A stretch of 64,000 nt of DNA. Source: the human T2T-CHM13v2.0 reference genome, Homo sapiens. A model generated the notes under the pieces. That model was not told the DNA's origin. It saw only the letters and a program-made list of their open reading frames with translations, and did no database searches. The DNA lies in NCBI RefSeq assembly GCF_009914755.1, contig NC_060936.1, one strand, 5' to 3'. The position numbers and the translations under genes are program-made. The stretch's first letter is position 1. The number at the start of each line of letters is the position of its first letter. Shown one piece after another: positions 42,963 through 57,745 of this stretch.

Positions 42963-45900
42963 GTAATATTTGGGGGTATTTAAACAATTGAGAACATGGC
43001 AACTACCCCAAGCACTCAAAGTAAGCTATTTATCATAATGGCATATTTTTGTGCCTAAAAAAAGATTCAAATTTATAACCCTCCCACACTTATGTTTTCA
43101 CATAAGCAGCTACACTAATCATACATTTTGTGCAATATTGTCTTTTTGATACATATAGGTCAACGATTAACCTTCACAGAGAATAAGACAGTAACTGGAA
43201 AAAGCAATATATTATTTTATTTCTGGTTAAAAAAAATCCTAACTGGAAACAACAACAGGCTCCTGAGAAACTGCATGTTTAAGCCCTGAGTACATCTATT
43301 TTCAGAGCATTTTCACTCATGGAAAATTAGATGCCTTTCTGTAGTAACCTCTGAGAATGGACATTGTAAATATAGTACAATGACACTTAGGATTCCTATG
43401 AAAAGAAAAACAAATAAATAATTTGCCTTCAGCTAAGGGTATCAGTAGATAAACGGATTGCATAAAACTATGTGCAATTATAGCTCTTCTGATATTTTGG
43501 AACTCTTCTAAATATTTATGTTCTTATAGAGGTCAAGAGGTGAAAGGCATTACATATGTTGTCCTACTGCATAATCTTATCAAGGCAGTGTTACTTCTAA
43601 TACTGTCCTGTGGTTGGCGAAATGTGGAGGCGAACCATCTGTCATCAATAATGCTGTCAAGAAGATTTGGAAAGCATTTGATCGGTTTTTGGCAGTGTAC
43701 TATCTGTTAAAATATTGTTGGAGGCAAACCTGGGAAGTTCTGATGCATTTAAAGGAGACACAAATGTTTCAGCACATGGGCAGCCTGATACTGGGAAGGC
43801 AAAGTGTTTTATTTAGAAGAGGCACAGATTTCAGTGCAAGTCAATAAAGAAAAGAAGTAGTGCTGTGTTTGTATATTCAAGCATATATGCTAGGCTCCAC
43901 AATGGAGCACTTTTAGGCGCTCTGAAAAGATGGCATTGGAAAGGAGCATCTGTTGAACATATTAGGGAAAACTCCTTTAGTACTTAAGAGAAATCTGGCC
44001 CATAAGGGAGATTAGAAAGAAGGCCTGATGAAAAATTGGCTTAAGGAGTCACAGAAGTAAGGTTCTGCTTACCAGCCCCAGAGAAAGGATTTTGGTGAAA
44101 TTATGCCACTTCAGACACCAAGGTGCTAACACCAGGTCAGAAGAAAGAGGAGAAAAGTTAGGATGGAAGTTGGGTGGGGATAAAAAGGAGGGATATGAAG
44201 AATGAAAAATCCATTTAAAGGTGAGACATGGATCATTTATAAGAAGGGCTCTATGTCACAGCCAAACTAAGCCGATCATGGACACCAAACAGCTACTTAC
44301 CTCAGCATCTACTGGGCTCAACCTTCAAAGGATTTCTAGGTTTGTTTCTTAAGTTATCTGGAAGTTGCAAAAATTCACCAGATGCATTTACACTAGTAAG
44401 CAAGCCTAATAAGCACCCGAGCACAAAGGTTTCAAACCAAACTGATTTTTATATACAGAAAACTGACAGTGAGCACCTAAATTAATCTGTGGTTCCTATG
44501 TTGTATCAATGGACTGTGATTATAAGCAGTTTATAATTAAATGTTAGAGACATTTTTGATGAAAAAAATGAAGTGTGAGAGAGAAAAATTTTGCCACCTG
44601 GGGATTTTCCTCCATTTATAATGGCTTTGCAAGAAATCATTTACACTCTTAAAAAGTAACTTGGATTGATGGGCAGAACCCCAGCATTAAATAAGGGAAC
44701 AAAAAGCAAACATTGTTTTTGTTGTTGAAGGGGTATGGTTAACCCTCTGTGGAATGTACACAAGTATGTATCTCATTTTTTTCTTTCTATAAAATGGGGA
44801 TAATAATACTGATTTTATTGATTTTTATAGTAAAGATTTCCTATGAAAAGTTTTTAAGCAAATATTTAATGCAAAGTCAAATCATGTTAAACCTTGATTT
44901 GAATTTTCTTAAATAGCATATGTTATACATATGTATATATGTACATATGTAGGTAATAATTATCCTTTAAATGAGACATCTTTCTTCCTGGGAATTTATA
45001 AGAAAGGGATAAACACTCCTCAATCTGTATTGACTTGATGAAGCCTGATTGGAAGACGGAAAATGACTTAAATGCGTTCAGGAATACGGGCCCTTCTAGT
45101 TTATATTGCGTTATGCTTAATTTATCATTCATATTTATATGTCTTTCAGATAATTATTAATATATTTCAGGGAAGTATATTTATGTATACTTATAATTAA
45201 ATATGTATATTTCTAGATCCATTTGTAAATCAGAAAGTCTTTTGCCACTGATAAAAAGAATGAGGATTGTTTCATCTACATATTTCAAGTGCATTTGATT
45301 GCCAAATCATTAGTAATGATCTAAAGAGAGAACTACATGAGAGAAGATGGAAAATGTCTCTATCATCAATCTTTCACATACTCAAAGGGAGGAAAAAAGA
45401 ATGTTTTCTTTCAACATTAGTATATACCTTGGGGACATGATGCTTTAACAAGTAAAGGCAAGAGGAATTCAATATCACCAGTGGAAAACAGAAAGTAATG
45501 AGGAAAAAGCAATGTCTTGTGGGATTTGCACGTGACACACACACACACACTCCCCCCTTCCTGATTAACTACCTTTTCTTTTAACACAATTCTGAAACAC
45601 CTTCTTAAGTAATGAGTAGTGTGCTAAGAAATAAAGATTAATGTTACTCTTGTTTTAGATTAAGTGTTAAAACACACACATGCTCACAAAATAAATCCAC
45701 CAACTGCCCCCAAATTATGTGCTGCTGCTGCACTACCAAATCAAACAAAATTTATTTTGAGATTTATTTTTTTTGAACTACTGTTTTCTTCCAGAAGTAA
45801 GAAAAACCCAGGGTTTGCTCTACTTATGTATGTATTTGCATATGTTACAGTAAAGACAGAGCTCTAGCCACCCCTTGGCGGGGAAGAATCTTTAACAAAC

Positions 45901-46307
45901 TCAAAAACATTTCTATTCCCTTAAGTAATTACTTAATTAATGCCTTCTGTCTTGATTATAGCTTTAGTAAATGAAAATACCTTTCATTTTTACTAGTATA
46001 TTTGAACTTCTTACATTTCCTATATGCTAGAATCAAAATAGACAGTTTTGTTTAAACAATAAGAAACCAAGAAACATCACCCTGAGACTACACATATAAT
46101 ATTACTACATCAAGCAGCATAAACCATCCAAAAAATTTATAGTTGAATTTTATTGTAATGAATACATTGTTGTGTATCACATTTCAGACTGCAGGAGCTG
46201 AAGAGCTGAAGGCAAGCAATCAGAATCCATATTTTTCTCAGTAGTAGATTAGCAAGGGGAAATGAATGAACTGAAGCAATTAGGCAAACAGAGGAGATTT
46301 TATAAAC

Positions 46308-46505
46308 ATGACAGCTAACGTTCAGTGAGCACTTACTATGTGCCAGGCACTGTCTTAAGCACTTCACATGTTTCCATTGATTTAATCCTCACAACAACAA
46401 TCATATAAAGTCATAGAAAAACAAAAGGGCAAGTAACTACATCAAGGTCATCTAGTTGCTAGAGCCAAGATTCAAACTCAGGCGCTGGGTGATTCTAGGA
46501 CTTCT
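46308..46505 (-). mobile_element. MIR SINE
   Basis: agctaacgttcagtgagcacttactatgtgccaggcactgtcttaagcacttcacatg..tttaatcctcacaacaac. Confidence 0.85.
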
Positions 46506-46658
46506 GGGCCACAAACACACCTTTGCAAGCAAACATTTCCAAATTCAAGCTCATAAATTTTATTTATAACTTGTTTTGTGTTGTTGTGTTTTAGAAATGT
46601 GTGTGTAGAGAGAGAATCAATGAAATGTTTCAGATGAGAAGAGATATTTGTCGACTGT

Positions 46659-47065
46659 TGTAGTAGTCAGTGTTCTCTAGAGAAACAGAATAAAGTGCAT
46701 GTGTATGGAGAAAGATTTATTTCAAGGAATTGGCTCAGCAACTGTGGAGTCTGCCAGAACAAAATCTTCAGGGCAGCAGAGCAGGCTGGAGATCTAGGGA
46801 AGAGCTTCAGTTTGAATTCAACATCAGGGTGCTAGCAGAATTCGCTCTTCCTCCAGGGAGGTCAGTCTTTTTCTCTGTTAAGGCCTTCAACTGATTGGAT
46901 GAGGCCCACCCATGTTATAAAGGGCCATCTGTTTTATGCAAAGTCTACTGATTTAAATGTTAATCTCATCAAAAAGTACCTTCACAGAGATGTCTAGAAT
47001 AATGTTTGACCAAATATCTGGGTACTATGGCCCAGGCAAGTTGATGCATAAAAGTAGCCATCACA
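46659..47065 (-). mobile_element. MLT2D-like solo LTR
   Basis: tgtagtagtcagtgttctctagagaaacagaa..aggccttcaactgattggatgaggcccacc..aagttgatgcataaaagtagccatcaca. Confidence 0.92.
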
Positions 47066-47590
47066 AGGGTTTACATGTATTATTTGCATGTATTATGCTA
47101 TGTAAGTAAATTTTTTTAAAAAATAGAAAATCAGTGTGCAGATGGGTGGATAACAAATAAAGAAATTTTTAAAAACACATATTTGATGCTATGCCTAAAA
47201 ATAAATTCACAAACTCCTTAACAGGGAAAAAAGAGCCACCTCTGAAAGGACACTTCTAATTATATACTCCTTTCAAGAGAGTATGCTGGATATCCAGACT
47301 ACAAAATGGATCCCAAGTTTTAAGGCTCTCACAGTCTAGATAGGGACATATCAGGGAGGGAGAAATAGTCATATTTACACTCAACTCAGCTCTGATATGC
47401 TAAGTCAGCACATGGTAGCATAGCTGATTGTAAGTAGCATAGTTACATGCTTCAACGTAACATGATGTAAACATAGCTGGGACAGAGTTCTTCAGGAAGA
47501 TAAGGAGTAATGTACTTCCTTATTTCTAGTGCAGGCCTGAGAGGGATCTTCAAGAAAAGGGGATGCTTTGGCACATTAAGAAGGAAGAGG

Positions 47591-47973
<383 letters not shown>

Positions 47974-48273
47974 CTAGTGAAATTGGAGCACCACATTCTT
48001 GATGGAGCAAGAAAGATTGGAACAACTTTATAAGTCACATTATAAAGTTTGGACTTTGTTCTAAAGCCAATGGGTAATCACTGAAGTTTTCAGCTGCAAG
48101 AATGATATAATTTTTTATGAGTTTCAGAAAGTCCTATTAATGGCAGAAGGAGAAACAAGATAGACAGGGAGATGCAAGCAAGAACACTATTCAAGGGAGG
48201 TGATGACTAGAACCAAGACAGTAGGACTGAGTGGAAAAACTCAAAGGTAACTTTTTAAATTAAAATTGGCATA

Positions 48274-48577
48274 AGTTGGGTACAGTGGCTCATTCCTGTA
48301 ATCTCAATGCTTTGGGAGGCCAAGGTGAGAGGATTGCTTGAGGCTGTGAATTTAAGCCCAGCCTGGACAATGTACCCAGATCCTGTCTCTAAAAAAATTA
48401 AAAAGCATTAGCCAGGCATAGTGGTGGTGTGTGTCTGTAGTGCCAGCTACTCAGGAGGCTGAGGCTGGAGGATCGCTTCCCAGGAGTTTCAGGTTACAGA
48501 GAGCTGCACTGATTGCACTACTGCACTTCAGCCTGGACAAAAGAGCAAGACCGCATCTCTTAAAAAATGAACAAACA
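48274..48577 (+). mobile_element. AluJo-like
   Basis: gaggattgcttgagg, ggaggatcgctt, ttacagagagct; diverged dimer. Confidence 0.9.
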
Positions 48578-48611
48578 TTTAATTATATGTAATATGTAAG
48601 AAAAAAGGGAT

Positions 48612-50300
48612 TCTGTCATTCAACAAACATGGATTTAACACCTATTATGTGTGTGACCCTGTGCCAAAAAATATTGGACTATAAAAATGAATAAGAAGAT
48701 ATTAACAAGAAATTACGATGTTTAATAAATACAATAGTAGAAGAAAATTCAAGACATGAACATGACAGAAAAGAGTCAAGAAGGACCACACAGATGAGGT
48801 GACTCCTGGGCTGGATCATGATAGATGACTAATTGCACAAGGAAGACAAGACTGATAAGGCCATTCCAACTAGAGAGGCAAAAGTCAGAAAGGACTTAGA
48901 TGTGGAACAAAAATTGTATTCAGGAGTCAATGATGCAGGAAATAATGTGGAAGAGAACAAAGAAAAGAAGAGAGGCCAGGTGGGAAGAACCTTGCTTGTG
49001 TTTGATTGAAAGACCTTAATCAGAGACATGGTATAGTCTGAGAGTTCTGGTGGAAGCACAGAAGATGTGTTGAAGGGGAAACTAGTTGGGAGGTGTCTGA
49101 GTTTCCTAGAGCTGCCATAAAAAATCATCATAAAATTGGTTATTTAAAACAAGAAAAGTTTAATCAAAGTGTCAACACAGCCATACTCCCCCTGAAGGCT
49201 TTAGGGGAGCATCTTCCTTGCGTTTTCCAGCTTCTAGTGGCCCCTGGCATTGCTAGGCTTGTGGCTGCATCACTCCAATCTCTGTCTCCATCTTCACATG
49301 GCCTGCTTCCCTGTGTGTGTGTCTGTGTGTCCTTTTGTCTTTCTTATAGGACTCTCTCACCAGATTTAAGGCCCACCCTAATCCAGTATGACCTCATCTC
49401 AAGCCTTACCTTAAGAACATCCACAAAGGACCTATTTCCAAATATGGTCAAATTCTAAGGTTCTGGGTGGATTTGCATTTGTATGAGACATTATTCAATC
49501 CACTACAGGAGGCCATAGCAATAACACAAACAGGAGATAAGATCTGAGGTAAAACAGGGCAGAGGTAGGCAGGAGGTCACAGTAAAACAAAATCGGCCGA
49601 AGTGGAGGAAGAAATGAAATTAGGAATTGAGGACAATCCGTGTTTCTAGCTGGAGAAACCAGTTGTATTTCAGTAGCACTGATGAACATAGAAACGACAC
49701 GAGTAAGAATGGATTTGAGAGATGGATTCAGATGTGTAGAGAGTGTAGATGTGTTCAGTTGTGCACGAAGTAAAGTGCTTTGAGTGAGGCTGTTCTCAAG
49801 GAAAAAGAAAAAGCTTAAAAATGACTTAGGTAGTTGGGTGGGTGGTAATGCTATTAACTGTGATTGGATGAATAATGTAGAGACTTTTTTGGAAGAAAAT
49901 AAGGTTAGTATTGAAAATCTTACACTTGAAGGACATGTGGTGTATGCAAGGGAAGAAGCAGAGCACAAAAAAGGAAATATGCATTTGGTGTTCTAAGAAT
50001 TGACAATATTTAGCAGTTCGACGGCAAAGAGCATATGTCTTATGGGAGACTAAGACACGTAGAAAGGAACAATGAAAGAACAGTGTCGGTAAAGTTAAGA
50101 AAGGAGTTTCAGTAAGGGAAGGTTGGTAATTAAATACTTCAGGAAAGATGTGAAGTGGGACAATCTCATTGCATGTTATTAGAGATGATTTGCCTTGGAC
50201 AAAGTGGCTGAATTATAGCTTAGTGCCCATGCCATGTTGCAGGTGGATGGAGTTTAAGTAAAGATTTAAGAAGTGGAGACACAAAATACTGTTAAGTGAG
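48612..50300 (-). mobile_element. L2 remnant interrupted by MLT1
   Basis: tcattcaacaaacatggatttaacacctattatgtg L2 3' end, followed by purine-rich L2 body. Confidence 0.55.
49094..49507 (-). mobile_element. MLT1C-like solo LTR
   Basis: tgtctgagtttcctagagctgccataa..cttgtggctgcatcactccaatctctg..aggcccaccctaatccagtatgacctcatct..aatccactaca; 5-bp TSD GGAGG at 49089-49093 and 49508-49512. Confidence 0.93.
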
Positions 50301-50424
50301 AAAACAAGTTGTTAAAATAATTGATACGGCAAGATTGCAAATAAAAAAACAATTTATATATATGGGCAAAGACTATAACTAAAGATGTCAACAATAAAAA
50401 ATTAGTAACCTATAGTTTTAATTA

Positions 50425-50640
50425 CAAGTGCCTGTTACCATAACTGCTTTACATGCACTTCCACTAACCTGTTAAATTTTCACAGCAATTCCCTGCTATC
50501 ATACATTTTGCACAAAGGGAAACAAAGGCACAGTGAGGTGAGGTTACTTGTCCAAAGTCACACAACTGGTATGTGATGGTGCCAGAATTTGAAATCAGAG
50601 TCTAATTCCAGACACTGCTCACTTAAGCCTCCGTCATTCT
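50425..50640 (-). mobile_element. MIR SINE
   Basis: ggaaacaaaggcacagtgaggtgaggttacttgtccaaagtcacacaactggtatgtgatggtgccagaatttgaaatcag. Confidence 0.85.
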
Positions 50641-51136
50641 AGCATTTTTCTCTAGGTGGTAGGGTTATAAATGGTGATCATTTCTCTTTTTATAACTCTG
50701 AAACATTTTGCCAAATTTTCTATATTTATTTGTAATAAAAGATCCAAATAATACACATATATTTTTATGGCACTATTGCATGCACGTCTTTCAAAGAAAT
50801 GGAGAGAATAGAGAATTATAGTGATTTGATGAGTAACATTAAAGAAAAGTTATTGATTTTTTTTTTCACTTTTTTCTTAAGGATGACATCTTTTTGAAAG
50901 CTAAAGATGTAGAGTCAGCAGAGATAGGGAAAACGAAAATACAAGAAAGAAAAGACATAAGGTGGGTTTTGGTAAGTGGGTCATGGTGTTTATCCAGGAC
51001 CAATGTGAAAGAACATCCTAGGCTGAGTGGCAGAGTTCAGAGAGGCATGGAGTATGCAAGAGGCTGGCTGTGTGGATCAGGCTGGATCATGAGGAATCAG
51101 AGCCTAAGCATGAGAGAGGAAATGAAAGATAAGGGT

Positions 51137-51351
51137 GGCTGAGCATAGTGGCTCACGCCTGTAATCCCAACACTTTGGGAGGTCGAGTCCTTGAGGTCAG
51201 GAGTTCAAGACCAACCTGGCCAAACTGGTGAAACCCTGTCTCTACTAAAAATGCAAATATTAGCTGGGCATAGTGGCGCAAGCCTGTGATTCCAGCTACG
51301 TGGGAGGCTGAGGCTGGAGAATCACCTGAACCCAGGAGGCAAAGGTTGCAG
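51137..51351 (+). mobile_element. AluS, 3' end missing, followed by (AAAGGAAGG)3
   Basis: Alu left arm, linker and partial right arm ending ggttgcag. Confidence 0.92.
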
Positions 51352-52416
51352 AAAGGAAGGAAAGGAAGGAAAGGAAGGGGAAATAAGCCTTGGAAAGGAA
51401 AAGTGATAGCATCAAAAGAAAGGAGCTGAGTAAAGTTAGTCTAAGACACAATTTTTGAGATTGAGAGAATCACAATTGAGGAAATCTATTATTTTGCATG
51501 TCTATTTTTTTCAGAGGATTAAGTCAGTTGTAAGATCCTTTGATAAAATTGTAGAGGGCAGTGGTTTGCCTGAAGATAAATGAGAGGTAGAATTTGGAAA
51601 ACCTTTGAGTAGAATGGGTAAGTCAGGTGCTTGGGGATGGATACCTGTGTTACAAAGGGGTAAAAAGAGTCCATTCTTCCCACTGAAAACAGTGATTTGT
51701 TTTACTTCCATGTAGATTCCCCTGCCAGACTTTGAGTTCTCTCAAAGTAGAAATTCTTTTTCACCCCTGGGACTCAATGTTCAAATCACCATCTAGAACA
51801 AGGCAGTTACCATTAATTGTATAAGCATGAAGTGAAGTTTTTCCTACCGTTATGAGTTTCCGGATAAAATGGAGCACAGTGACTTGTTTCCCCGGTTCTT
51901 GCTCTCAACTGCTAAATAGGATGTCTCTGTCAACATTATGGCAGTCATGAAGAACCCCAAAAAAGCAGGTGTGATGCTTACAGAAGACTCAAGTTAAAGA
52001 TGTGTAGAGGAAGAAAGAGCCCTAATATTGTTCTCAAGGCAGAAGGCCAAGCTTGCGTTTCTTAGTACCTTGATAACCTAATATGTCTGAAAGCCTACTC
52101 AACAGGCTGACTAACCTAATTGCTATTCTATGTCTTTTCCACTGTGTGTCATAGAATCATTTTCAAGGAAACTTGTCCACCTTTATCTGACTTCACTGCC
52201 ACCAGCATGTCTAGAAATTGTTGAGAGGGCCAAAATAATGTTTCATGGCAAGGCTGATTGGACATGAAGTCAGAACAGATGACTTAAATTTTTTTTGTCG
52301 TATTTTTTTTTGAGAAAAATAAGAGAATTGTCCAATGTCAAACAACCAATACATCTGACTGTGGCAGGAATTGGGGACACTGGATGGAAGAGGTGAGGAG
52401 AAGGCCTCAGCCAGTT

Positions 52417-52800
52417 TGTATTATTTTGTTCTCGCATTGTTATAAAGAAATACCTGAGAATGGGTCATTTATAAAGAAAAGAGATTAAATTGGCTCACAG
52501 TTCGGCAGGCTGTATGGAAAGCATGGCTGGGGAGGCCTCAGGGAATTTACAATCATGGAGGAAGGTGAAGGGGAAGCAGGCACATCTTACATGGCTGGAA
52601 CAGGAGCAAGAGAGTTAAGGGGGAGGTACTACACACCTTTAAACAACAAGATCTTGTAATAACTCACACATGATCATGAGAACAGCAAGGGGGAAATCTG
52701 TCCCCATGATCCAATCACCTTCCACCAGGCCTTGCCTCCAATATTGAAGATTACAATTTAACATGGGATTTGGGCGGGGACACAAATCCAAACCACATCA
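52417..52800 (-). mobile_element. MSTA-like MaLR solo LTR
   Basis: tgtatta..tataaagaaatacctgaga..ggggaggcctcagg..ccccatgatccaatcacct..gggacacaaatccaaaccacatca; TSD CAGTT at 52412-52416 and 52801-52805. Confidence 0.95.
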
Positions 52801-54770
52801 CAGTTTCATTGGCATATTCTTTAATTAAATAAGTAAAATCAATAATCAAATCACTGTTGTGTATCTTGGGAAGGAAGCCTGAGGAAGGAAGGCATCCTGC
52901 ACCATGTAGCTTAGTTTCTTTAAAAGGCAATTGTAAGGTCAACATCTACTTAAACTTTACAATTTACTGAGTAATGTCGAATTCAACATGGAGATTAAGA
53001 TTCCTTTATTAGCATATGGCCACAAAAGCTTTCTGCTAATAAGGGTTTATTAAATGTGACTTATTTGAATTTGTAGCCAGGGCCCTGATCCTAAATTGTA
53101 AGCCCGCAAGGAAGGCTCTAGAAAAGACATTCTAATTAAACATGCCACATCAAGAGTGTGTCACAATGTGCCTCCAGGAATACTTGCTTCTAGGGCTTGT
53201 GAGGTCCCAGAGATAACAGGGGCTTCTGAGCATGCACTATGCCTTCATCATTGCATATGATTCAGTCTCCAAAAACAATTACATTTTTAGAAGTTATAAT
53301 CTCCCTTTGGAAAAAAAATATTTTCCAAAACAAGGTACACAGACCTTGAGCACTGATTTATGCCTTTTTCCTTTCAAAAAGGCTAGGGTGGGAAGGTGGG
53401 AGTGGGCTGAGGAGAGAGAGTTTAACTTTAGAAATGTACTCAATTCCCAGTTGCCACATTTGTTTCCTTCCCAGCCTGAATTTCTGTGACCAGTCATAAA
53501 AGGTACAGTCAACCCATCCTAAGTAACAAATGCTGGAAACATTTATTATACCTAGTTCTTTAAATTATGAAAATGGAAAGTACATAAAATTTTCTACGCA
53601 AGTGCTTCTGTGATTTACTTCTCGAGCATCCTGAGCTAAATAGGCACTGAATGGGTTCTACTGCTGAGTTACACACATCAAAATTTAATTAAATCTCTGA
53701 CCTAACATCCCCCTGGTTTCATTGATTAGGGAAGTCACGGGTGGACCACGTCATTCTCAGGAGGTTTATGCAATTGTGAATTCTGAGGAGTCTCTCTCTC
53801 TCTGTATATATTTTTTTGCCTGAGTGTTCTTTTCAGGTCTCATTAGATTATTATGAGTGTTATAGCTGTGCTAATCTTTTTCCAAGAAATGAACTTTTAA
53901 AATTGCACATTTTTTAAAGTGACTTCTGGAGTTACCATGGCAGCTTCATTATAATACACAGAGATGAACATTATCACAGCTATGCCTGATCTATCCAGGG
54001 TTGTCAGGAAATGAGAATTCTGCATAAAGTGCATTCTCCGGTAGGGTTTGTAAAACTTGCCAGATAAAAAGCAGAGACTTTCGCTTTAACAGTTTTACAT
54101 GAAAAGCTTTCTATCATGTACTACGTGCTGCTCTGTTTCTTTAAATGCATTCTTGATGACTCAAGGTCTCTGTTATCAACAATTTACTGTGCTGTTGCGT
54201 TTTTGGCTCCTTTTTTGGACTCAGAGTGCCAGCTGCTTGTAATGACCAGGGACAGAAAGAATCATTTAAGACCCTATGAGAGTAGTTTTGCCTTCCACCA
54301 CCTAGCAAGGATAGATTTATACCGATATGCCACCTACATAGTCCAGGTGTCTTGTGTCTTGCTGGGGGCTTGGCACCCGGAAATGGCAGATGGGTACTGA
54401 GATGCAATGTGGTTAGTTCCTGGATCATTTTTCTAGAAGCAAAGCTTTAATTTTGTACTGGCTTCTTGACCCTCATAGTCTAAGATATCCACCACTGCTT
54501 GCTCCTCTTAGATTTACCATATGCTGATGGACTACTCCTTAACTGCTGTGAATTGAGTTCTTTAAGTAATTCCCTACACAGAAATTTCTATGGTTCTGAA
54601 CTAGGGGCTAGGACTCAACATTCATTATGACACTTAAGGTAAAGTTTCCATTTAACATTTATAGACTTCAGTTTTCTCTAAAATAGTGTTATTAAGACAA
54701 AATATTATACATGTGGAATGTATAGTGCAATCTCTAACTCACGAGAACAATTCAATAAATGAAAACAACT

Positions 54771-55129
<359 letters not shown>

Positions 55130-55984
55130 TTATAGTGTATAGACTATATTAGGATCTTGAAGTTTTATTTTGGTATCAGCATCGAGCTGCCATGAAATGA
55201 CTATTGACCTGTCCAGGTGGCATCTTTTTTATGCTTGTTGGTGTGTATAAAGTCTGCTAGTAAGAAATTAGTTGATTCCGCCCTATAAACATTTTTAAAT
55301 AAAATTAGAGATTGCAGGTGTCTAACAGAATGCATTGAGCACAAATTCTGGTGTTGGCTTAGTAAAAAGATTGTGACTTTGACTTCAGAGAGAGGCAAGT
55401 TCAGTTCTTGCCCGAACCACAAAAACAGCTTCCTAACCTTGGAGCTTGGCTCTTATAATCTCAGATCCTCTCTTTTCTTATCCCTAAAGTAACGATGATA
55501 ATACCTCCTTCTAGGATTAGAAAAAAATAATAAAGTTTTATACATAATAAGCACATAATAAAGTTATTGTAATGAATTTAGTTTCTAGAGGTTATTATTA
55601 TACATTTAAAATAAGAATGTACTTAATGTGGATTCAGATGCCACAGAAAAATAAAATCTGAGTTCACATGTAGCTGAATGCTTGGGTCACTAGAAACACT
55701 AATCATAGAGCAAGGTTCCCCACTATTGCTAAAGCAGTGGATCATCAACCACATTACAAGTTAGAAGAAGGGCATTACCCTCCCCTGCTTGCTCTTCCTT
55801 AATGTCAAAAAACAATAAATACATAGAAGAGACTGACATCCATTATCCTCTGGCCAAAAGAATCAAGCCTTCCCTGCCTTTTCCTGCTTTTCTAGTTTCC
55901 TTCAAATTTCCCTCCAAACTGATCTTAAAATTGCAACCAACCCTGCTCTCTGGCTCTTATCGCTTCCAGTCTAATATGCAATTT

Positions 55985-56120
55985 ACTTTTCCTTTTGGTA
56001 TTTATTTTCTGTGTTCTCCTCACAAACATGTAAGTTCCACAAGAATACAGATTTTTATTCACTGATGTATTTCAAATACCTAAAACAGTGCCTAGTATTG
56101 AGTAATATTTATTGAATATA
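55985..56120 (+). mobile_element. L2 3' end
   Basis: atgtaagttccacaagaatacaga..ttattcactgatgtatttcaaatacctaaaacagtgcctag..atatttattgaat. Confidence 0.75.
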
Positions 56121-56334
56121 GAAATAAAGTTTTAGTATTGTTTTGCAAAGATTCTATTTTGAAAAAAAACAGCACAAAATAGTATTTTTGGGCTGAATTC
56201 ATAAAAATTATTGAAGACATTTTAATTAATGATAAATTAGCAGTTTAAATACAGTAAACTAAAACAAAGCAAGCCTATCTTTTTCATTGTTTTGAGCTCT
56301 TGATTTTGTTTTTACCTAAAACTGCTTGTTTTAG

Positions 56335-56954
<620 letters not shown>

Positions 56955-57075
56955 GAGTTCTATAACCTTGAGGACTGTAAATACCTATAATATTTGGCCT
57001 TCATCACACAATGGTGTATTTTAAAGAATGAAACATTTAGGGTCTCTGCATAGCTTCACAGCGATGACCTACACC

Positions 57076-57745
57076 AGGGTTTCTCAAAGTAATGTCCAGT
57101 AGTTCCCCTTATCCAGTAGCCTTGATTTTACTTTCCAAGACTTCAGTTACCTGTAATTAATCACGGTCCAAAAATATTAAATGGAAAATCCAGGAGTAAA
57201 CAAGTCGTATGTTTTAAATTGCGTGCCATTCTAAGGAGCTGATAAAATCTCCCAACGTCCCCACTCCAACTTGCTCAGGACATGAATCATCCCTTGTCCA
57301 GGTATCCATCTTGTACTCACCACATGCCTATTAGTCACTAGTCACTGTCTTGGTGATCAGATTGACTGTTGAAGTATCTCAGTGCTTATGTTCAAGTAAC
57401 TCTTATTTTACTTTTATTACAATAGATCAATTTTATTACTAGTTAATGCTGTTAATCTCTCACTGTGCCTAATTTATAAATTCAATTTTATCGTAGATAG
57501 GTAGGAAAAAAGTAGTATATATAGAATTTGGTACTATTCAAGGTTTCAGGCATCCGCTGGAGGTCTTGAAACATACCTTCTAAGGACAGGGGGAATAATG
57601 TATATGCAAATCACACGGGAATATTTTAAAATGTACTTTGTGAATAGGGAGAACTGGGGTGCAGCCCTACATACTGCATTTATAATCAGTTCCCACTTAA
57701 TGCTGATGTTATTGTTTCAAAAAACACCTTTTGAGTAGCAAAAGC
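57076..57745. mobile_element. MER5A-like MITE split by MER44
   Basis: cagggtttctcaaagt.. on the left; ..caaatcacacggga..ctggggtgcagccc..ctgcatttataa..acaccttttgagtagca on the right. Confidence 0.55.
57097..57600 (+). mobile_element. MER44 (Tigger7-family) DNA transposon
   Basis: TIR cagtagttccccttatcc; ggtccaaaaatattaaatggaaaatcc; ends aggtttcaggcatccgctggaggtcttgaaacat..gggggaataatg-TA. Confidence 0.88.

Noticed and set aside
43585-43710. miRNA-like seeds (TAATACTGTC, TGGCAGTGTA)
   Set aside because: Only about 10 nt match miR-429 or miR-34/449; the rest of the mature sequence and a precursor hairpin are absent.
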